Under the pieces are notes generated by a model that did not search any database, had not been told where the DNA came from, and worked only from the letters and a program-made list of their open reading frames with translations. A stretch of DNA of 64,000 nucleotides from Candidatus Thalassarchaeum betae (lineage in GTDB: Archaea; Thermoplasmatota; Poseidoniia; Poseidoniales; Thalassarchaeaceae): the NCBI GenBank assembly GCA_003193925.1, contig PSPG01000008.1, positions 32,001 through 96,000 on the forward strand. Direction: 5' to 3'. Both the position numbers and the translations under genes were made by a program. Numbering within the stretch: the first letter of the stretch is position 1; each line of letters opens with the position of its first letter. This document shows, in pieces, positions 50,350 to 59,443 of this stretch.

Positions 50350-50581
50350 GCGCCGACTCCGATGAGCAACTGTACAAGGACGACAGGTTCTCGCTGAGTG
50401 CATCCCATCCCCTCGCTTTTTTCTCTCGCCCTGTACACCCGAATAAGGCGGTTGCGAGGCTATGCAAAGTCCCGTTTCCGTATTTCTAACCGACAAAAGT
50501 TCCATTCGTATCACCACCATCCCGGGGCGTGGAACCCGTAGACGAGTGGACCGTGGCCGAACTCAAGGCCGAACTCAAGGA
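50350..50581 (+). repeat. Copy 2 of the ~220-bp direct repeat (divergent intergenic region plus first codons of the SAP gene)
   Basis: See copy 1; this copy is continuous with the intact ORF at 50529. Confidence 0.92.
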
Positions 50582-51392
50582 ACTCGGGCTCTCAAACAGT
50601 GGGAACAAGCAGGAGTTGTACGACCGCCTGGTCGAATACGAGGAGGGTGAGGACTGGGACGAGGATGAATCGGGCTTCGACGCCTCTGATCTGGCTCGCT
50701 CTTTCGCTGGTGCCATGGTGAGGAACAGAGTCGCCATAGGGGCGGTCTCCGCGGTAGTTATCCTAGTCGTCGCAGTGGCATTCGCCGGCCCGATGCTGCT
50801 CGACCTGTTCCGGCAGGAGGGGGCGAGCGAGCCGGAGGTGTACGTCTGGGAGTTCACGGTAGAGGAGAGGAACGTTACCGATGTCAAGAGTTACTTCATC
50901 AACGATGACACCACCGAGAGTGTGGTGGTCACGGTTCCGCTTACGAGGAACCTCTCTAGCATATACATCGGGGCCTACTGGCGGGAGTCTGACGAGCAGC
51001 CCGGGGGGATCATAGGCTGTGACGAGGTGACTATGGAGGTGTTTACCACCGATGTGAACAAGACGAACCTCTACTCTCTATCCAATACCGATGCCGCTAG
51101 TTCGGACTGCGATGCCGATGGAACCGAGCCATGGGACCACATATGGTACCAGTATGACCTCGAGCTTCCCAATATCACCGGTTTCGAGGGCACCGAGGAG
51201 GAGGCGCTTGCGATCTGGGATACCTACACGGGAATAGGGACCGGTGCGTGGCTCATCGATATCAGCGTGGACACTTACACCCTCTGGGGTCCAGTCTGTG
51301 ACTGCGAGGATGGCGAGGACGTCAGGCTGACCGTTTCCTACATCGAGTACGATGTCAATATGGCGAAGGCGCAGCCCTCGACCGATGGGTAG
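50529..51392 (+). CDS. SAP-domain membrane protein with extracellular C-terminal domain
   Basis: 'WTVAELKAELKELGLSNSGNKQELYDRL' SAP motif; single TM; acidic C-terminal domain. Confidence 0.85.
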   Translation: MEPVDEWTVAELKAELKELGLSNSGNKQELYDRLVEYEEGEDWDEDESGFDASDLARSFAGAMVRNRVAIGAVSAVVILVVAVAFAGPMLLDLFRQEGASEPEVYVWEFTVEERNVTDVKSYFINDDTTESVVVTVPLTRNLSSIYIGAYWRESDEQPGGIIGCDEVTMEVFTTDVNKTNLYSLSNTDAASSDCDADGTEPWDHIWYQYDLELPNITGFEGTEEEALAIWDTYTGIGTGAWLIDISVDTYTLWGPVCDCEDGEDVRLTVSYIEYDVNMAKAQPSTDG

Positions 51393-52310
51393 TCACTCTG
51401 ATTCGACCGTGCTCGCAGAGCCATACAGAGTCACGGTGACTATAGCCACCAGAACAAGGAAGACTCCGATGGCCTGGTTCTGCGAGTGGCCTTCCTGATG
51501 CAATATGAAATAACCCCAGATGAGCGTCAAAACAGGCTGCAGGAGGATGGCGAAGGAAGTGTGTGCTGCTGGTAGACGCGGTAGAGCGTGGGCGATGGCC
51601 AGCCAACCGGCTACCTGACAAAGCAGTGCGAGCAGGATGAGCCAGCCGTGACCGGGCCAGATCGGCTGCAATTCTAGCGGTTCTATGGCCACGCTACTAA
51701 GTGGGAGCAAGCCGAGTACGAGCAGCCCGAGGGCGGCGCCTACCGTGGCGTCCAATTGCACAGAAGATGATGGTGCCAGTTCCCTGTTCGAGTATCGGAA
51801 CAGGATGAGGAATGAGGAGTAGAAGAACGCAGCCATCATCCCGAATACGACGCCTTTGACGGGGTCTTCGCCGTATGGCTCTGGATCGGCGAAGCCCGAA
51901 ATCAGCGCCAATCCGATGATGACTACGGGAAGAGACAGCAGAATGGCCGGATTCGGCTTCTCTCCGAACAGCTTCCAAGATGCCAGGGTCACTATGATGA
52001 CCTGTGAGTTGCCAATCAGCGTGGCGATGCCGATGCCGATGAAAATCATCGAACTATGATACGAAAGCATATCGGGTGCGAGTATCAGTCCAGCGCCGAA
52101 GGCTGTCCATCGTGTGCGTGAGGAGCGCGTGTCGGCCTTGCGGACGAGATAAGCTAGCAATGCAAGCGCTGGGAGCGCGTACAGCATCCGGAAGAACGCC
52201 CCGGTAGATGGATTGGTGTCCGAGTAGACGTAGAACACGGGGGAGAACGAGATAGCCACAGCGCCAGCCAGCGCTATCAGCATGGTTCGACGGTCCGAGT
52301 CGGCCGACAT
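51393..52310 (-). CDS. DMT/EamA family transporter
   Basis: About 10 TM helices; 'AFFR', 'IGIATL', 'LLQPV'. Confidence 0.9.
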   Translation of the reverse strand: MSADSDRRTMLIALAGAVAISFSPVFYVYSDTNPSTGAFFRMLYALPALALLAYLVRKADTRSSRTRWTAFGAGLILAPDMLSYHSSMIFIGIGIATLIGNSQVIIVTLASWKLFGEKPNPAILLSLPVVIIGLALISGFADPEPYGEDPVKGVVFGMMAAFFYSSFLILFRYSNRELAPSSSVQLDATVGAALGLLVLGLLPLSSVAIEPLELQPIWPGHGWLILLALLCQVAGWLAIAHALPRLPAAHTSFAILLQPVLTLIWGYFILHQEGHSQNQAIGVFLVLVAIVTVTLYGSASTVESE

Positions 52311-52320
52311 AGCCGGCCAC

Positions 52321-52650
52321 CTACTCTGATTCGCCGTCCACGAGCATCTGCTGGAGCTCGCCGCTCTCGTACATCTCCAGAGCTATGTCAGAGCCTCCGA
52401 TGAGCTCGCCGTGAACGAATATCTGGGGCATTGTGGGGAAGTCCGACCACGCGCAAACCGAGGGGATTGCTCGGTGGTCGGAGAGTATGTCGACGGTGAC
52501 GAACGGCTGTCCGAGCTGCTGCAGCACCTTCGAGGCGCGGTTGGAGAACCCGCACTGCGGCTCCTCCGGCGTCCCCTTCATGAAGAGTACCAGCCTGTTG
52601 TTGTCGACTATCTCTTGCAACTCCTCCGGGGACCAGTTGAATTCTGCCAC
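52321..52650 (-). CDS. grxD: Monothiol glutaredoxin (Grx4 family)
   Basis: 'LFMKGTPEEPQCGFS', 'FPTMPQ', 'GGSD'; GTG start at 52650. Confidence 0.93.
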   Translation of the reverse strand: MAEFNWSPEELQEIVDNNRLVLFMKGTPEEPQCGFSNRASKVLQQLGQPFVTVDILSDHRAIPSVCAWSDFPTMPQIFVHGELIGGSDIALEMYESGELQQMLVDGESE

Positions 52651-52654
52651 ATCA

Positions 52655-52978
52655 TCACCCCTTGTCCGGCCTGCGGATGTGCACCCCAAAGAACTCCACT
52701 TCTTCACCATGAGGGTCGAAAGCGGTGTCCCCGCTCTCTCCAGCCTGCTCCGGGGTCATGCACTTCAGATCCAGCGCATGCACGATGTTCTGCGCGATGT
52801 GGGGCTTGAAGTGGTTCAGGATCGGTCGCTGCCTCTGCAGCGGCCGCACACCCTGGTAACTCTCCGAAATCACCCTGACATGGAAGTGGTCGCCACTGCC
52901 ATGTAGGTCGGATGCCTCGACCTCGGCGTCGGGAACGACCTTTCGGACCTCCTCGACCATCCACTGCTCTGTGACCAT
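52655..52978 (-). CDS. BolA/IbaG family protein
   Basis: 'GDHFHVRVISESY', 'VHALDLK..TP'; adjacent to Grx4. Confidence 0.9.
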   Translation of the reverse strand: MVTEQWMVEEVRKVVPDAEVEASDLHGSGDHFHVRVISESYQGVRPLQRQRPILNHFKPHIAQNIVHALDLKCMTPEQAGESGDTAFDPHGEEVEFFGVHIRRPDKG

Positions 52979-53020
52979 CGAGACTCCCCTCGGGGCTGAG
53001 TGCTTTGAATGCTCTCGGCG

Positions 53021-53731
53021 CTACTCGTCGAGAGCGGCGGTGATGGCAGCGAGGTTCTCGGCTATCGTGCCGCGGTCGTTGATGAGTCCTGATCCCACGA
53101 CCGCGATGTCAATTCCCCACTCTGCAATCATTGCGGCGTTGTGGTCCTTCACGCCACCATCTATCATCAGCTTGGTAGCGCGCCCGCCGGCTGCAGACTG
53201 AGCATCGATGGCTGCGCGGAAGGCGCGCACCTTGTCCTCGACCTCAGGCATGAACTGCTGTCCGCCCTTGCCCGGGACAATAGACATCACCAGAACGAGG
53301 TCCAAGTCCTGTAGGAAGGGGAAGACATCCTCGGCTGGAGTGTCGGGGTTCAGCACGCAGCCGGCCTGCACTCCGGCGTCGTGCAGATTCTCGATTAGCG
53401 CGGGAAAGTCTCCTACGGCCTCAATGTGGGCGATTACCATGTCCACACCGGCGTCGACGTACTGGTCCCAGGTCTCCTCAGCGTTTGTGATCATCAGATG
53501 GCAGTCGATGGTGACCTCGGAGCCGAGTCGGTCGCGTACAGAGCGTATCAGAGCGGGGCCGAACGTGATTGTCCGGTTGACGACCCAGTTGCCGTCCATG
53601 ACGTCCATATGGATCCAGTCTATGCCCGCGGCAATCGCTTCCTCCAGCGTCTCGCCGAGCCTCGAGAAGTCGGCTGTGAGGATGCTCGGCGTGACTTCCA
53701 CGGGCCGTCGGGGGTGGCTTTCGGTTCTCAA
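53021..53731 (-). CDS. rpe: Ribulose-phosphate 3-epimerase
   Basis: 'PSILTADF', 'IHMDVMDG', 'DCHLM', 'LNPDTP', 'MIDGGV'. Confidence 0.95.
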   Translation of the reverse strand: MRTESHPRRPVEVTPSILTADFSRLGETLEEAIAAGIDWIHMDVMDGNWVVNRTITFGPALIRSVRDRLGSEVTIDCHLMITNAEETWDQYVDAGVDMVIAHIEAVGDFPALIENLHDAGVQAGCVLNPDTPAEDVFPFLQDLDLVLVMSIVPGKGGQQFMPEVEDKVRAFRAAIDAQSAAGGRATKLMIDGGVKDHNAAMIAEWGIDIAVVGSGLINDRGTIAENLAAITAALDE

Positions 53732-53810
53732 TCCCTCGGCAGGGGATTGTGCCTGCTAGAGACACAAATTGATAGGATGCGGATGCGGCGACGGTCCCAC
53801 AGGTGAGCGA

Positions 53811-54128
53811 ATGGGGAAAGTTGTCGAGGCGAGTGACGCTGATTTCGACATGGTGACTAACAGTGACGAGTGGGTCCTAGTGGACTTCTGGGCGCCTTGG
53901 TGCGGTCCGTGCAAGATGATTGCGCCGGTGCTTGAGCAGATCGCCGGAGAACGTGAAATCACCATAGCCAAGGTCAACACCGATGTCAATCAGCTCTCAC
54001 CCGGGAAATACGGCGTCCGAGGTATACCGAACCTCATTCTGTTCCGCAACGGCCAACTCGTCGATCGGATGACCGGGGCCATGCCGAAGCTCGGGATGGA
54101 CGACTGGCTCGACCGGCACATGGCCTAG
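53811..54128 (+). CDS. trxA: Thioredoxin
   Basis: 'VDFWAPWCGPCK', 'GIPNL'; ATG 53811 follows GGTGAG. Confidence 0.95.
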   Translation: MGKVVEASDADFDMVTNSDEWVLVDFWAPWCGPCKMIAPVLEQIAGEREITIAKVNTDVNQLSPGKYGVRGIPNLILFRNGQLVDRMTGAMPKLGMDDWLDRHMA

Positions 54129-55669
54129 TCGACTGCCTCGCGCAGCCTCCGTGCTCGCTCCTCGTGCGGCGCGCCGACTTCCCTCAGCAGTCGGGCGCGC
54201 AGCGCCTCGTGCAGCCACATACCATCGCTGAGCTCCAGCATCAGGCCGCGTTCGAGCAGGTCTGCTGGCGGAGGGCCATCGGCGCCTGCAGCAGCCGCTA
54301 AGGTGGCCCATGGGACAGGGCGCTCTGCGACCGCGAGCAGGGCGAGCATCTCCCGTCGGTCGCCGGGCAGCACGTCGAGTATCTCCTCGTCGAGGAAGCG
54401 CAGCCAGTCCTCGTGCAGGGTCTGGCCGTACATCTCGAGCAGTTCGACGGCCAGCGGGTGCCCACCGGTGGCGCGATGGATTTCCTCTGCGGGCGCTTCG
54501 CTCGGCAAGTCGAGCGAAGCGAGCCACGCGGAGATCTCCTCGAGAGTCAGGCCCGAGAGGGAGAGTTCGGACACGCGTCCTCGCGTGTGCACATCGCGCC
54601 TGTCGTAGAAGGCGAGATTGGTGCGAGAAATCAGAAGCAGTCGCATCGGAGAAGCCTCAGCGATTTGTAGCAGCGCGCCGAACAGGTGCGCCCCGTCGGA
54701 GCCGATGTTGTGGACGTCGTCAAGTATCACCAGCAGTTCCTCCGAGGTGCCACCGCAGCGTCCATCCTCATCGAGCAGGTGAGCAATCAGGCGGCGACGA
54801 TACTGATCGAGGTCGAGTCGGGCGCCGGGCTTGAGAGGGAGGGCCTCAAGGATGCTGTATGGGTCCTCGGAGTCGTCATCAGGGCCGATGCCGAGCCTGT
54901 GCAGCAGGCTCGTGGCGATACCCAGCGGAGAGTCCCATGGCTGGCACGGGTAGTACATCACGTCAAGCTCTGGCTTGTCTCCAAGCAGCCCCTCGAGCCA
55001 GAAGGAGGCCAACGTGGTCTTACCGCACCCAGCGATGCCGGACAGCACGAACATGGGCGTGGCCGAGGAGTGCCAGTCGTCCAGCCTCAGCTTCTCTGCA
55101 GACCTGCCGTGAACAGTGCGCGTCTCGGGCAGGCGCGTGTGGTAGGTGGAGTGGGCGCCCGCCAGCAGGGAGAGAGATCCAGGGGAGGGTGCGTCGTCGG
55201 GCTTGACGATGGCCCCGAAGCGGATGTCGCCGAAGTTCAGCACGCCCTCGTGCTGAGCGTGCATCAGGACCTGTAGCAGCGTCAATCCGGTCTGCAGCCG
55301 CGCTGCGGCCTCGTCGGCACGAACCTCCAGCAACTTGCCGTCGTGGCTGCGCAGGAGGATCTGGGTTGAGCGGAGGTCCGCAATGCGCTCGCGCGCCTCC
55401 GCGCGCCCCTCCTCGGTGAGTTGCCACGTCTTCTGGCGGCGCTCGTCCCCCCGGACAGTGCGAGTGTGCTCGGTGACCCAGTCGTTGGACATCAGCTCGC
55501 GCATCGAGCGAGACACGTTGGGCGGGTGCAGAGCGCATATCTCCGCGATTCCGGGACGAGTCATCTCGTAGGTCACGAGGTAGTGGTCCGCTTGGTGGTC
55601 CTGCTCCCACAGATGCAGCAGAATGCGGTCCGAGACGGGTACGGAGACCCGAGCGTCATTGCGCACCAT
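54125..55669 (-). CDS. Winged-HTH + STAND-class P-loop NTPase (putative regulator)
   Basis: N-terminal wHTH; Walker A 'GIAGCGKTT', Walker B 'LLVILDDVH', 'LLLISR', GxP 'TGGHPLAVEL', terminal 'LHEALR'. Confidence 0.82.
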   Translation of the reverse strand: MVRNDARVSVPVSDRILLHLWEQDHQADHYLVTYEMTRPGIAEICALHPPNVSRSMRELMSNDWVTEHTRTVRGDERRQKTWQLTEEGRAEARERIADLRSTQILLRSHDGKLLEVRADEAAARLQTGLTLLQVLMHAQHEGVLNFGDIRFGAIVKPDDAPSPGSLSLLAGAHSTYHTRLPETRTVHGRSAEKLRLDDWHSSATPMFVLSGIAGCGKTTLASFWLEGLLGDKPELDVMYYPCQPWDSPLGIATSLLHRLGIGPDDDSEDPYSILEALPLKPGARLDLDQYRRRLIAHLLDEDGRCGGTSEELLVILDDVHNIGSDGAHLFGALLQIAEASPMRLLLISRTNLAFYDRRDVHTRGRVSELSLSGLTLEEISAWLASLDLPSEAPAEEIHRATGGHPLAVELLEMYGQTLHEDWLRFLDEEILDVLPGDRREMLALLAVAERPVPWATLAAAAGADGPPPADLLERGLMLELSDGMWLHEALRARLLREVGAPHEERARRLREAVD

Positions 55670-55749
55670 GGGCCGGTGCGACCGCCCCGGCGCGCATCAA
55701 GCGTTCGTAGGGCTGCGCGCCCGGTTGAGATGGCTTTGGTCATATTCAA

Positions 55750-56655
55750 GTGAAAACGGCCTCAGCGCCCCACGTGGACGAATCCACACGAGCGAGGCTG
55801 CTCGAGCTGCAGCGCATGGAGGCGACCGAGGCGGAGGTGTACCGACGCCTCGCCAAGATGCAGCCCGACCCCGTCAACCAGTCAATACTCAACGGCATAG
55901 CGCTCGAGGAGGAGAGGCACGAGGCGGTCATCGCCAAGATGACCGGTGAGGAGGTCAAGGCGGACGGACTGCGGGTGATGAAGCAGGTCGTTCTGGCTAA
56001 GCTGTTCGGATTCACCTTCTCTGTCAAGTTGATGGAGGGGACCGAGCACGATGCTGCTGCCGAGTACCGCGAACTGGGCCTCTACGACATCGCGGAGGAG
56101 GAGGAGGCTCACGAGCAGAATATGATCGACATGCTAGATGAGGAGCGTCTGCGCTACTCGGGAAGCGTGGTGCTGGGGATGTCAGACGCGCTGATCGAGC
56201 TGACGGGGGCCCTCGCCGGCCTCACCTTCGCCTTGCAGAGCCTGCAGCTGGTCGCGCTCGCGGGGCTGGTCACTGGTATCGCTGCCGCGTTCAGCATGGG
56301 GGCTTCGGAGTACCTGTCGTCTCGCGCGGAGAAGAAGGCGGAGTCTGCGATCAAGGCCGCGTTCTTCACCTGGCTGTCATATCTCGTGACCGTGTTCCTT
56401 CTGGTCGGCCCGTATTTGGTCTTCCAAGTCGACAGTCCTGACTTCCATGGCTTAGAACCTCACGTTCAGGCTCTTATGTGCACCTTCGCGATAGGGCTCC
56501 TGATAGTCGCTGTGTTCAACATCTACGTGTCCGTGGTCGAGGAGGTCTCGTTCAGGAGCCGCTTCCTCGAGATGACTGGCATCCTCGGTGTGGTCAGTCT
56601 GATATCGTACGGCATCGGAATAGCCCTCAGAGGCATGCTCGGAATCGAAATCTGA
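55750..56655 (+). CDS. Rubrerythrin/ferritin-like + VIT1/CCC1 iron transporter fusion
   Basis: 'EEERH', 'EEAHE' diiron motifs; 'VLGMSDALIELTGALAG', 'SMGASEYLS'. Confidence 0.9.
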   Translation: MKTASAPHVDESTRARLLELQRMEATEAEVYRRLAKMQPDPVNQSILNGIALEEERHEAVIAKMTGEEVKADGLRVMKQVVLAKLFGFTFSVKLMEGTEHDAAAEYRELGLYDIAEEEEAHEQNMIDMLDEERLRYSGSVVLGMSDALIELTGALAGLTFALQSLQLVALAGLVTGIAAAFSMGASEYLSSRAEKKAESAIKAAFFTWLSYLVTVFLLVGPYLVFQVDSPDFHGLEPHVQALMCTFAIGLLIVAVFNIYVSVVEEVSFRSRFLEMTGILGVVSLISYGIGIALRGMLGIEI

Positions 56656-56706
56656 GTAGGAATCAGCCTCCGCAACCTATGTGTCTGAGACCGCTCTCGC
56701 GAACCC

Positions 56707-58209
56707 ATGAGTGCTTACGACGAGTTGCTGGAGCGACTGAAGGACATCGATATGATCGGCCAGATTGGCGGCCTCTTGGGCTGGGACCAAGAGGTCCTGA
56801 TGCCGCCCAAGGCCGCCGCACTGCGCGCCGAGCAGCTGGCTTGGGCCTCCAAGGCAGGTCACATGCGACTGACCGACCCCCGAATCGGGGAGCTGCTCGA
56901 GGAGCTCGAGGCTAGCGAGGAGCTGGACGATGTCCAAGCGGCCAACATCAGGCTCGCTCGCGAGTCGTATGACAAGGCCACCAAGCTGCCGACCGAGTTC
57001 GTCGCCGAGATGGCCAAGCACCGCTCCGAGTCACTGGTATCATGGACCGAGGCTCGGGCGAAGGACGACTTCTCAATCTTCCGCGATAATCTCGCCAAGT
57101 CAATCGACCTCGCCCGCCAGAAAGCGGACTACCTAGGCTTTGACGAGTTGCGCTACGACGCGCTGCTAGATATCTACGAGACTGGGCTGACCGTGGCTAG
57201 GCTCGACCCGCTGTTCGCAGGATTGCGAGACAGCGTCGCGCCCCTGATCAAAGCCGTAGTAGAGAGCGAAAACCGCCCCGACATGTCGTGGGTAGAGGGG
57301 AACTCCTGGGCTCAGTCCGGACAGGAGGCGCTCAGTCAAGGGGTGACCGAGGCCATCGGATTCGACTTCGACGCCGGCCGCCGGGACGTCTCGACCCACC
57401 CGTTCTGCGGCGGGACGAACCCGGACGACGTGCGCTGGACGACTCGCTACAGCGAGTCCGACCCGTTCGGCTCACTGTACGGCTCGATGCACGAGACAGG
57501 TCACGGGACCTATGAGCAGGGGCGCCGGCGCGACCTTGACTTCCAGCCCGCCGGCGAGGCCAATGGATTGGGCGTCCATGAGAGCCAGAGCAGGATGTGG
57601 GAGAACCAAGTGGGTCGCTCAAGGGAGTTCTGCGAGTGGGTCCTGCCGCTGTGGCAGCAGCACTTCCCCGAGAACATGGAGGGTGTCAGCGCCAAGGCGC
57701 TGTGGCAGGCCGTCAACCTCGTCGAGCCGAGCCTGATACGGGTCGAGGCCGACGAGGCCACCTACAACCTCCACATCATGATCCGCTACGAGATCGAGAA
57801 GAGGCTAATCGCCGGTGACCTCGAGGTCGACGACCTGCCGGACGCCTGGGACGACATGTACGAGAAGTTCCTCGGTATCCGCGCACCCAACCGCGCCCTC
57901 GGCGTGCTGCAGGACATCCACTGGTCCATGGGGGCCTTCGGCTACTTCCCCACCTACACTCTGGGCAATTTGTACGCCGCGCAACTGCTGGCCGCCGCGC
58001 GCGAGGACCTGCCCGAGCACGACGAGCAGATCAGGCGCGGTGAGTTCGCACCACTGCTCGCTTGGATGCGCGAGCACGTGCACCAACGCGGCAGCATACT
58101 CGAGCCAGCCGACCTCATCGAGGAGGCGACCGGCTCGCCGCCCTCCCCCGACGCTTTCGTCGAGTATCTGCAAGACAAAGTCGAGCGGCTCTATGGCGTC
58201 ACTGCCTGA
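56707..58209 (+). CDS. Carboxypeptidase, family M32
   Basis: 'WDQE', 'HPF', 'HETGH', 'HESQ', 'IRVEADE', 'QDIHW', 'GYFPTY'. Confidence 0.96.
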   Translation: MSAYDELLERLKDIDMIGQIGGLLGWDQEVLMPPKAAALRAEQLAWASKAGHMRLTDPRIGELLEELEASEELDDVQAANIRLARESYDKATKLPTEFVAEMAKHRSESLVSWTEARAKDDFSIFRDNLAKSIDLARQKADYLGFDELRYDALLDIYETGLTVARLDPLFAGLRDSVAPLIKAVVESENRPDMSWVEGNSWAQSGQEALSQGVTEAIGFDFDAGRRDVSTHPFCGGTNPDDVRWTTRYSESDPFGSLYGSMHETGHGTYEQGRRRDLDFQPAGEANGLGVHESQSRMWENQVGRSREFCEWVLPLWQQHFPENMEGVSAKALWQAVNLVEPSLIRVEADEATYNLHIMIRYEIEKRLIAGDLEVDDLPDAWDDMYEKFLGIRAPNRALGVLQDIHWSMGAFGYFPTYTLGNLYAAQLLAAAREDLPEHDEQIRRGEFAPLLAWMREHVHQRGSILEPADLIEEATGSPPSPDAFVEYLQDKVERLYGVTA

Positions 58210-58259
58210 GCGACTTGCCTACGCGAAAGCCCGATAGCGGAGCATCGGGGTGTGGAGCC

Positions 58260-59348
58260 ATGGGCGGCCATACCTTGGAGGGGCTCGCATCGCTGGTGCG
58301 CAACCTCGGCAGCGCCTGCACCTTGCTGCGCATTGCCGACGACGACCTGCTGGCTGGCTCGCAAGAAGGAGAGCTGATATGCTGGTCAGTCGAATCCGGC
58401 ACCGAGCGCTGGAGGGTCGAGGTCGACGGGCCATTGTCCGACCTCGCCATCGACGGCGGTCGTGTCTACGCCTCGGCCTCAGCCAGCCTGCACGCGATTG
58501 ACCTGGATACTGGCGAGATTCTCTGGAGTCGGGGGCTCGAGGGGGCGAGCGACTACGTCCAAGCATGGGACGGCAGCGTCTGGGCTGTGTCCTCGGTCTA
58601 TGAGATCGAGGTTTCCGACTACACCGAGTCGACTGTCTGGAGATTCGACGGAATGGGGGAGCTGCAGGAGCGCTGGACTGTGCCTGAACGCGCTTGGCAC
58701 TTCGGACTGCACGAAGACGGGGGCGTCCTGCTCGGTCTCGGCAGACCCCGCTGCGGGTTCCTGAGAATCCGAAGCGGTGAGGAGCCTGAGCATCACCAGA
58801 TCGAGGGTGACAGCCCCGTCACAGTCGGAGCCTGCGGTTCGAGCGGTCGGTTCCTGATTGGCCACTCCGACGGAAGCGTCAGTACGATCGTCGGCTCCGA
58901 CGCGAAGACCGCAGGCGAGGGGTCGTCGCCGGTTCGTGCCATCACCGGCCACGGCGACGATTGGATCGCCGGTCAGGAATCGGGCCAAGTCGTCTCGAGC
59001 CGGGGTTGGACCACGACGGCGGCCGGCTCGGTGGACTCGCTCTCGATGGGGCCCTCGACATCCGAGGGCGAAGCCGTCTGGGTATCCTCGTGGAAAGGAG
59101 ACGGGGTGAGAATATCGGTCCTCGACCCAGACGGCGGCGGCTCCCTGCTGGAGTTCGACCACGGCCATAGGACAAGGCACATCCAAGCGAGCGCAGGTAA
59201 AGTCGTCCTAGGGGACTCCAGGGGGCGAATTCACCTGATCGAGGCAGGGGTCCTTACAAGGCGCGTGAAGGAATCGCCCGTGCCTGCCTCTGACGATGAG
59301 AATCGGGAGCGCCTGATGGAGCGTCTGAGGCAGCTTCGCGGCTCTTGA
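58260..59348 (+). CDS. PQQ-like beta-propeller repeat protein
   Basis: 'GTERW', 'AIDLDTGEILW' blades; ATG 58260. Confidence 0.75.
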   Translation: MGGHTLEGLASLVRNLGSACTLLRIADDDLLAGSQEGELICWSVESGTERWRVEVDGPLSDLAIDGGRVYASASASLHAIDLDTGEILWSRGLEGASDYVQAWDGSVWAVSSVYEIEVSDYTESTVWRFDGMGELQERWTVPERAWHFGLHEDGGVLLGLGRPRCGFLRIRSGEEPEHHQIEGDSPVTVGACGSSGRFLIGHSDGSVSTIVGSDAKTAGEGSSPVRAITGHGDDWIAGQESGQVVSSRGWTTTAAGSVDSLSMGPSTSEGEAVWVSSWKGDGVRISVLDPDGGGSLLEFDHGHRTRHIQASAGKVVLGDSRGRIHLIEAGVLTRRVKESPVPASDDENRERLMERLRQLRGS

Positions 59349-59404
59349 ATTCAATAGAAATTAACAGTTGGGTACCCCTGTTTCCGGTGGACTGCGGGTC
59401 TGTT

Positions 59405-59420
59405 TGAAAAGGTTTAAGTG
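59405..59420 (+). promoter_or_regulatory. Candidate archaeal BRE + TATA box (GAAAAGG-TTTAAG) for the downstream non-coding element
   Basis: Purine-rich BRE directly before TTTAAG; no credible CDS downstream. Confidence 0.55.
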
Positions 59421-59443
59421 GGTACACCTGCCCTGTCATCTTT

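Noticed and set aside
50302-50520. N-terminal extension of the 345-aa ORF at 49483-50520
   Set aside because: Lies in the duplicated intergenic element; the signal peptide starts at ATG 50301
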